Part shown: piece after piece, positions 57,746 through 64,000 of the stretch
Layout of the letters: each line of letters starts with the position of its first letter
How positions within the stretch are numbered: position 1 is the first letter of the stretch
DNA from: the human T2T-CHM13v2.0 reference genome, Homo sapiens
Assembly: GCF_009914755.1 (NCBI RefSeq)
Contig: NC_060932.1
Length of the DNA: 64,000 nucleotides
Strand: one strand, 5' to 3'
Made by a program: the position numbers and the translations under genes
The notes under the pieces: model-generated
Database searches by the model: none
What the model was told of the DNA's origin: nothing
The model's input: the letters and a program-made list of their open reading frames with translations, nothing else

Positions 57746-58759
57746 CATAGGTTGGGTTTTGTCATTTGACAGACATTTATTGAGCAACTACTGCATGCCA
57801 TGGTACTCAATCTCAATAACATATGATCCACCCTAGATACTATAAATTATCAGTGAATCTAAATACTTTTCGTTATAACTCTCATGCTTTTCCAAGTACT
57901 TATTACTTAGACATAAATTTTCTGAGTAAGTTTTCTTCCATTTCTATTAAGTCTTCACATTTTGTTTTGTACTGTGTAGATACAATAAAACTAGCTGATC
58001 AGAGCTTTTTAAAGATTGGTAAGAGAGAGATGAAGTTTCATTTAACCTTGGCCTTGAATTCACAAAGAACTCCAAATTTGGACTTTGTCATAATCTCTAA
58101 GTGAGGCTATGCCTACATTAAAGATACACTAAAAAAACTGAAACTTTAAAATTGAAACTGAAACATCATCTAACATCATCCTTTTATCCCGTTCTTGGCT
58201 CACACAGCCTCTGGTGTATATACTGCTATTGCTATGACACACGTTTCTTTATTGGATCTCTCTCAAGCCCAGCCCACATACACCACATCATCCGGGGGTT
58301 GCTGTCTTTGCTGGTGAACTCTGCTGAATGGTGATAATGTGGAAATGAGTTCAGTGTGCTCTTTTCTCCTTTAAAATAGAAGCGTCATGAGGACAAAGAC
58401 CTCTTCTCTTTATTCCAGCCATATTCCCACTATCTAGCAAGAAATCTGGTAAATAATACATCCTCAATATTGTTACATCTCTGCTACCTAAAAGAAAGTG
58501 AGAGTAAGGTTATTGACTGGGCTAATGTAAGAAACAAAAGAAAAATAAGATGTCAAAGGCAGAAGGAATGGGAAGGTAACAGTGGCTCAGTGGTCAGTAT
58601 AGAGCCATTCATCCCTGGTGCGGGACTCTACAGTTAACTCTGTGCCCTCACAGACATGAAATCACCTTACTCAGACCCCACCCTGCACCATCATTCTCAT
58701 TTAACAAATGCAGACATTGAGTCTGCATGGAGCAGGGAGGGTCTGGAATCAGTTGTGTG

Positions 58760-59680
58760 GCTTGAAGTTCCTTGTTCTACCCACTACTGACCCCAAAAAG
58801 CAAACATGCACCTTCCTCTTTGACATAACTGGGCAATAGAAACTTGAACCAATGGTTTCTGTGCTCCTTCTCTGAGCTCCAGACCTAAATATACAGCCGC
58901 CAACTGGACACTTTCCCCTGAATGGCCCAAGAGCAAGCTGTCCGAGACTAAATGCACTCTTTTCTCCATTGAGAGTCCGTGCTTGATCCATTTCCAGCAT
59001 GTGCTGTCTTAGTGATAACCACCCTAGTTTTCACAGCTATGCCAGCTGGGAACCCCAGGATCCTCCCTGAAGTCCCCTTGCCACATCTATGAAAGCTATC
59101 ATCAAATCCTGTACATTTGCCTCCTCATATCTTCTCAAATCTGACCACACTTTCTCTACCACCATCATCTGTGCAGGCTATCCTGGTGGCCAACAACCCC
59201 AGCAGCATGCACCTCCTCACCAACCTTCCTGCACATTCTCTGGCCCCCCTTCCAGTCTGTTCTCCACCCTGCAGGCAGAATGATCTTCCAAACTGTAAAT
59301 CTTACCTGCCAAGATCCTTTCAAATGGTTGGATGGCTTCTCATTGCTTGCACAATTAAGGCAAATCACCATGATGCCCAAAGGACCTGCTGCCTACCTCC
59401 CTCTCCCACTATCCTCTGAACCAGCCATGGGGCCTTCCCTCCTTCCCTGGGATATGTAGTGCTCCCCTCTAGCCCAGAGGCTTTGCATGCGCTGGGCCCT
59501 CTGCTCAGACTGCTCTTACCACTCTCTTTGTCTAGCTAACACCTGTTATTCCTTTGTAGTACTTGTCAGAGTTGTATCTTATGGGGTCATCGAATCAGTG
59601 TCTGTAAGCTCCAGAAGTCCAGGGTGTGTCTCTTTCTGCTCACCTGGGACAGTAAATGCTGATTAAATAAATGGACAAAA
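58760..59680 (+). mobile_element. L2 fragment
   Basis: L2 body motifs (ctccagacctaaatatacagccgccaactggacact; gaatgatcttccaaactgtaaatct). Confidence 0.7.
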
Positions 59681-60484
59681 TGGTTCTAGGCATATGCAAG
59701 TTAAAGCACACTTTGCTCTAGATGCCTAGAATATCTCTTTTGTTTCAGACAAATTAGGGAATTAAAATAAGCATGCCTAGAAATCTATTGACAAAATCAA
59801 CTACATTAAATACAATATATGTATTATTGATTAACAAATTCAACAAAAGTATTTAGTGCCTGCTATGGAGAATGCTAGATTTTGTACATACTCCAAGCCC
59901 TGTTCACATTCTCCTAGTCCATGCACACAGAAAACCTCATCATTAGAAAGAGCTCTGTCTTTTTCTCACCAGTCACTTGAAAATTTAAACTGCCCAAAGT
60001 GCTGAGAAGAGCCAACCTCCCTTCTTCTTTTGACATTAGTGAGGTTATAAACAGTGCATATTCTTGCGAGAATTAACATTTGCCTGAGAGGACTGAGAAG
60101 TATTTGATTTGAATATGTCTAGTAATTTGGAATTTTTGCTTTTTATACTGTTTGATTATGAAATGATTAGTTAATTAAATTGGCAATTGGACAGGGAGAT
60201 GCACAGAAGTGAAATTCCTCTTAAATTACTCACCCTCCACGCCTCACTTTAAGTAGAACATCAGAATGATTGCATTAATGCATGCTGAGAGTATGCTTTG
60301 CACGAGGTGCTTATTTGAACTAAAACATATTTAAAATGGGGTAACACTAGAACTAAAGAAACTAAAATTCTTAATAGTCACTAAAAAACTACATCTTGTT
60401 GTCCCAAATGAATTGACCATCCTTATTTCTTCAGTGTCCACTATAATAACCATCTCTTGACAAACCTCAGACTGTGTGCGCTCT

Positions 60485-60552
60485 CACAGGAAGTGATTGT
60501 CCTCATGGTCTCCCTGGACACAGGAAGTGATTGTCCTCTTGGCCTCCCTGGA
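60485..60552. repeat. 34-bp tandem duplication carrying ETS motifs
   Basis: cacaggaagtgattgtcctc(a/t)tgg(t/c)ctccctgga twice. Confidence 0.92.
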
Positions 60553-61585
60553 GCCCCAATCCCTCCTGTGTCCCACACTCCCACTCCTGGGAGACCCAGT
60601 GGGCTCTGTTGTCATGTTGGTAGCCACTCAGCTTCTGGTGTCAGTCCCTCCTCTACCTAGCCTCAGACACTAGGTAGAATTGCTTCCCTTACTCTCACAA
60701 TCTAAGGGCCCCAAATACAAAAGGCCCGGTGTGGTCATATTTTCTAATCCAAACCTGTTGGACATGCACTCTTTCAGAGACCCAAGAAATGGTAGAATTT
60801 TCCAAGCCCACCCTAGGACATTCAGTTATGGAAACATTCTGAACCAGATTTCTGTCACTGGCAATTATCTGAAGAGGCTAGAGGGCTTAGCCGTGACTTG
60901 TTAAATTAGAGCAAGTACTCTCTATGTGTGCATTTCTACCATGATCACTTCCTGTATCGATTTTTTCTGGGCAGATTATGAGTAACCAATTTCTCCCTGG
61001 CTGTTCTATCACAATGTTTACATCTTGTGCCTGGGAAGTGGCACTGCTTTCCTCATTCCTTTATTCAGTTTCAGAGTACCTTCCTCATATGAGTTAGAGC
61101 TTCTCATCTTCTGCTCAATTACTCTCTGGTCCTTTTATTTGTTCTGTCCTCTTGTCATGGTGTTATAGCGGTATTTCGTCTTCCTTGAGGATATCACGTG
61201 TCACTGTCTGCTTTGTATTTTTGTTGTGTACCCACAGTTCTGTAAATTAAATATGAGTGAGTGGTTATGGCCAGGAAAATCAATCTTTAAACAAATTAAT
61301 ATTTCAATGCCAGTTGTACAGCTATTCCTCCATTTAATGTGTGTCTTGGCTTACAAATGGAGGACAAAGAATGTATCACTTTGGAAAAACTTAAATCAAA
61401 GTGAAGATAAAGAAAGCAAGCCAAATATGCCATAAGATTTTGAATCTGAGTGTTGGAGGAGAGCTAGTGCCTTAATTGGTAAAGTCCAGATATTTTAAGA
61501 CAAACAGCTGCACCTTTATTTGATTTCTTTTCCGGCCATATCATTTTCATGATATGGAAAGTAGAATATGAATCACCATACCTAC

Positions 61586-61765
61586 CTAAAATTGCCAAAT
61601 ACAATATTAGGACACCACGTTAAATTTGAATTTCAGATAAATAACAATAGTATGTCTCGAATACTGCATCAACATACTTATACTAAAAAATTATTAGTTG
61701 TATATCTGAAGTTCAAAGTTAACGATGCATCCTGTATTTTTTCTTGCTAATTCTGGTAATTCTAC
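61586..61765. mobile_element. MER53-like hAT MITE
   Basis: Palindromic element: aggacaccacgttaaatttgaatttcagataaa...tatctgaagttcaaagttaacgatgcatcctgtatt. Confidence 0.75.
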
Positions 61766-62520
61766 CAGATACGGCAGTTGTGAGAAATTAAAGCAATTTC
61801 CTGAGATAATGTAAATGGACGGATCTAGCATAATACCTAACACACAATAAGTAAATATATTAATTTCCCTTCCCATTACTAGAAGTCACAGGTTGTCATT
61901 CTGATAATAATATTTTTTATTCAGAGAAATGGTTTAGTTTTGAGAGCTTTAACACCAAAGACATGCTACTTTTTATTTTTTATTTTCCTAACCTTGGAGA
62001 TATCACATTTACTTCCACAAAATTGTTTTAAGGTTTAGTTCTCTTTACATCTCTAGAAAATCAATCACTCCCCTTCTCCATTTAAAAAAAAATATGTTTA
62101 AAAAAGAAAATTATTATTTTGTTTGCAGCAAAAGAGTAATTTTTCTCCCCCACCAGATTATTCCAAAATTAAAATATAGGCAAGAAATGCCAGATATTTT
62201 GAAATTTTCATATCTTGATTGTACCTCAAACAGGGTATTTGTGGTAAATGCACATATTTTATTTCCTTTTCTGTCTAATGAAAGATATTTCTATCATTAT
62301 TTGTAACAGTTCTAGGCATGGAGCCAGCACATTGATTACTAACAATTTAAAAGAACAAGAAGAGTTGTAGTGTTAGGGCCAAGTGAAAGTCAAATTCAAT
62401 CTAGCAAATTTTCAAAACTGAACTAACACTTAGGGAAGTCGGCTCTCTCTTCTGCTCGTGGGAGCATTGTAAGTTTTCTAGAAGGTGGACTGGCATATTT
62501 GGCTTGCTTTCTTTGTCTTC

Positions 62521-62616
62521 ATATATATATGTATATATATGTGTATATATATATGTATATATGTATATATATATGTATATATATATGTATGTATATGTAT
62601 ATATATATATATATAT
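62521..62616. repeat. (TA)n/(TATATG)n microsatellite
   Basis: Directly visible. Confidence 0.95.
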
Positions 62617-62869
62617 GCATTCTTCTGAAATGAACCACTTCTGTAGAGAGAGAGAAACTAAACTGCCTCAGCTCTCATCGTTTGCTTGCCGGACCTCCTT
62701 TCCAGCCCCGGTCCTTCTGCCCAGACTGTGAACTCCATAGGAGCAAGGTTTATCTTATTTTTTCCTTGTATGCACAGTAACTTACACATAGTAAGCCCTT
62801 AGTAATGATTTGCACACTAAATTAATTTTGAATGAACTGAGTATAGGATTTGGTTATCCTAAATTAATT

Positions 62870-63750
62870 TTTTAAAAGGCCTCTAAAAGCACATACCCTT
62901 TTGTCCAACAGTTCTATAAATTTATGCCAAGTACAGAGGACTTTACATTTGCAAAGATATGTGATAAGGATGTTTATCACAACTTTATTATACTACTGCA
63001 AAGTGCAAACAACCTAAACATCTACTGTGGAGTGAACTGCGTCCCCCTGCAAATTCATATGTTGAAGCCTTAACCCCCAATGTGTTGGTAGTTGGAGATG
63101 GGACTTTTAAGAGGTAATTAGGTTAAGATGAAATAAGGATGGTGGAGCCCCCATGATGGGGTTAGTCCCCTTGTAAGAAGAGACACCAGAGAGCTTGCTC
63201 TCTATCTCATCCTGCCATGTGAGAACATAGCAGGTTGGTGGCCAATCACAAATCAGGAAGAGACCCCTCAGCAGAAACCAACCATACTGGCACCTTGATC
63301 TCAGATTTCCAGTCTCCAGAACTGTGAGAAAACAAGTTTTTGTTGTTTAAGCCACACACTCTATGGCATTTTGTTACGGCAACCCATGCTGACGCAGACC
63401 AATATCTAAGAGTAGGAAATTGGTTATATAAATGATAGTAAATACATACATAGATGATTGTGCAGTCATTCTTTAGCAGACTTGTAATATGGGAACATTT
63501 TCATTATGTTTAAGTGAAAAGCCAGACTATAAGACAGTATTAACTATGGTACTATTTTTTATAAAAACTAATTTATATACACATACGACATATCCAATTT
63601 ATTTTAAAAATACAAGGTCACATATCAAAATGTGAACAAATAATTGTTTCTAAGAGATTGAATTACAGGTTATTTGTCTTTCGTTTTTCTTTGTGCTTTT
63701 ACAAGTTCTGCATTTTAAATATTTTTTACTTTTGTAATCAGGAAAATCAA
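62870..63750 (+). mobile_element. L1ME-type 3' end split by an MLT1A LTR
   Basis: aaggatgtttatcaca...aacaacctaaaca; resumes aagagtaggaaattggttatataaat. Confidence 0.65.
63023..63401 (+). mobile_element. MLT1A-type solo LTR
   Basis: aattcatatgttgaagccttaacccccaatgtg...ccagtctccagaactgtgagaaa...; TSD acatc/atatc. Confidence 0.88.
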
Positions 63751-63829
63751 TTAAGAGATTTTTTTGTTGGTTGTTGTTAATGAGCCAACATCCATTCCAG
63801 GAAGTGACATTGAAAATGAAGAGGCAGCT

Positions 63830-63856
63830 CAGGAGGTACCTTCAGGAGGTACCTTC
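63830..63856. repeat. 13-bp tandem duplication
   Basis: caggaggtacctt twice. Confidence 0.85.
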
Positions 63857-64000
63857 TCAGACCCAGGAGTCTTGCTGCATGAGAACAGAAAGCTCCCAGC
63901 TCCAGCCAGTAGCCTCTTGATGTACTAAGAGACAGAGTTCAGAGCTCTGATAGCAACGTGAACCTCACCTAATGAAAATGCTCTCTATTTGCCTCTCTTT

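Overview
Primate (probably human or great ape) nuclear DNA, AT-rich and intronic or intergenic in character, dominated by interspersed repeats. There are nine Alu-family copies, many L2 and MIR fragments, MaLR/ERVL solo LTRs and DNA-transposon fossils. Two L1 structures stand out: a full-length (~6.16 kb) but inactivated L1PA4/L1PA3-type LINE-1 at 49687-55843, and a twin-primed, 5'-inverted L1PA8-type element nested inside an older L1PA16-type element (35016-38260). I cannot name a host gene. The best non-repeat signal is a minus-strand Kozak ATG followed by 15 codons (MSGCNCKLARSKREK) and a strong splice donor at 30206-30162, which looks like an alternative first coding exon; weaker candidate exons lie downstream on the same strand. 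I found no convincing new biological system. Subfamily names come from remembered consensus sequences, and boundaries of ancient repeats are approximate.
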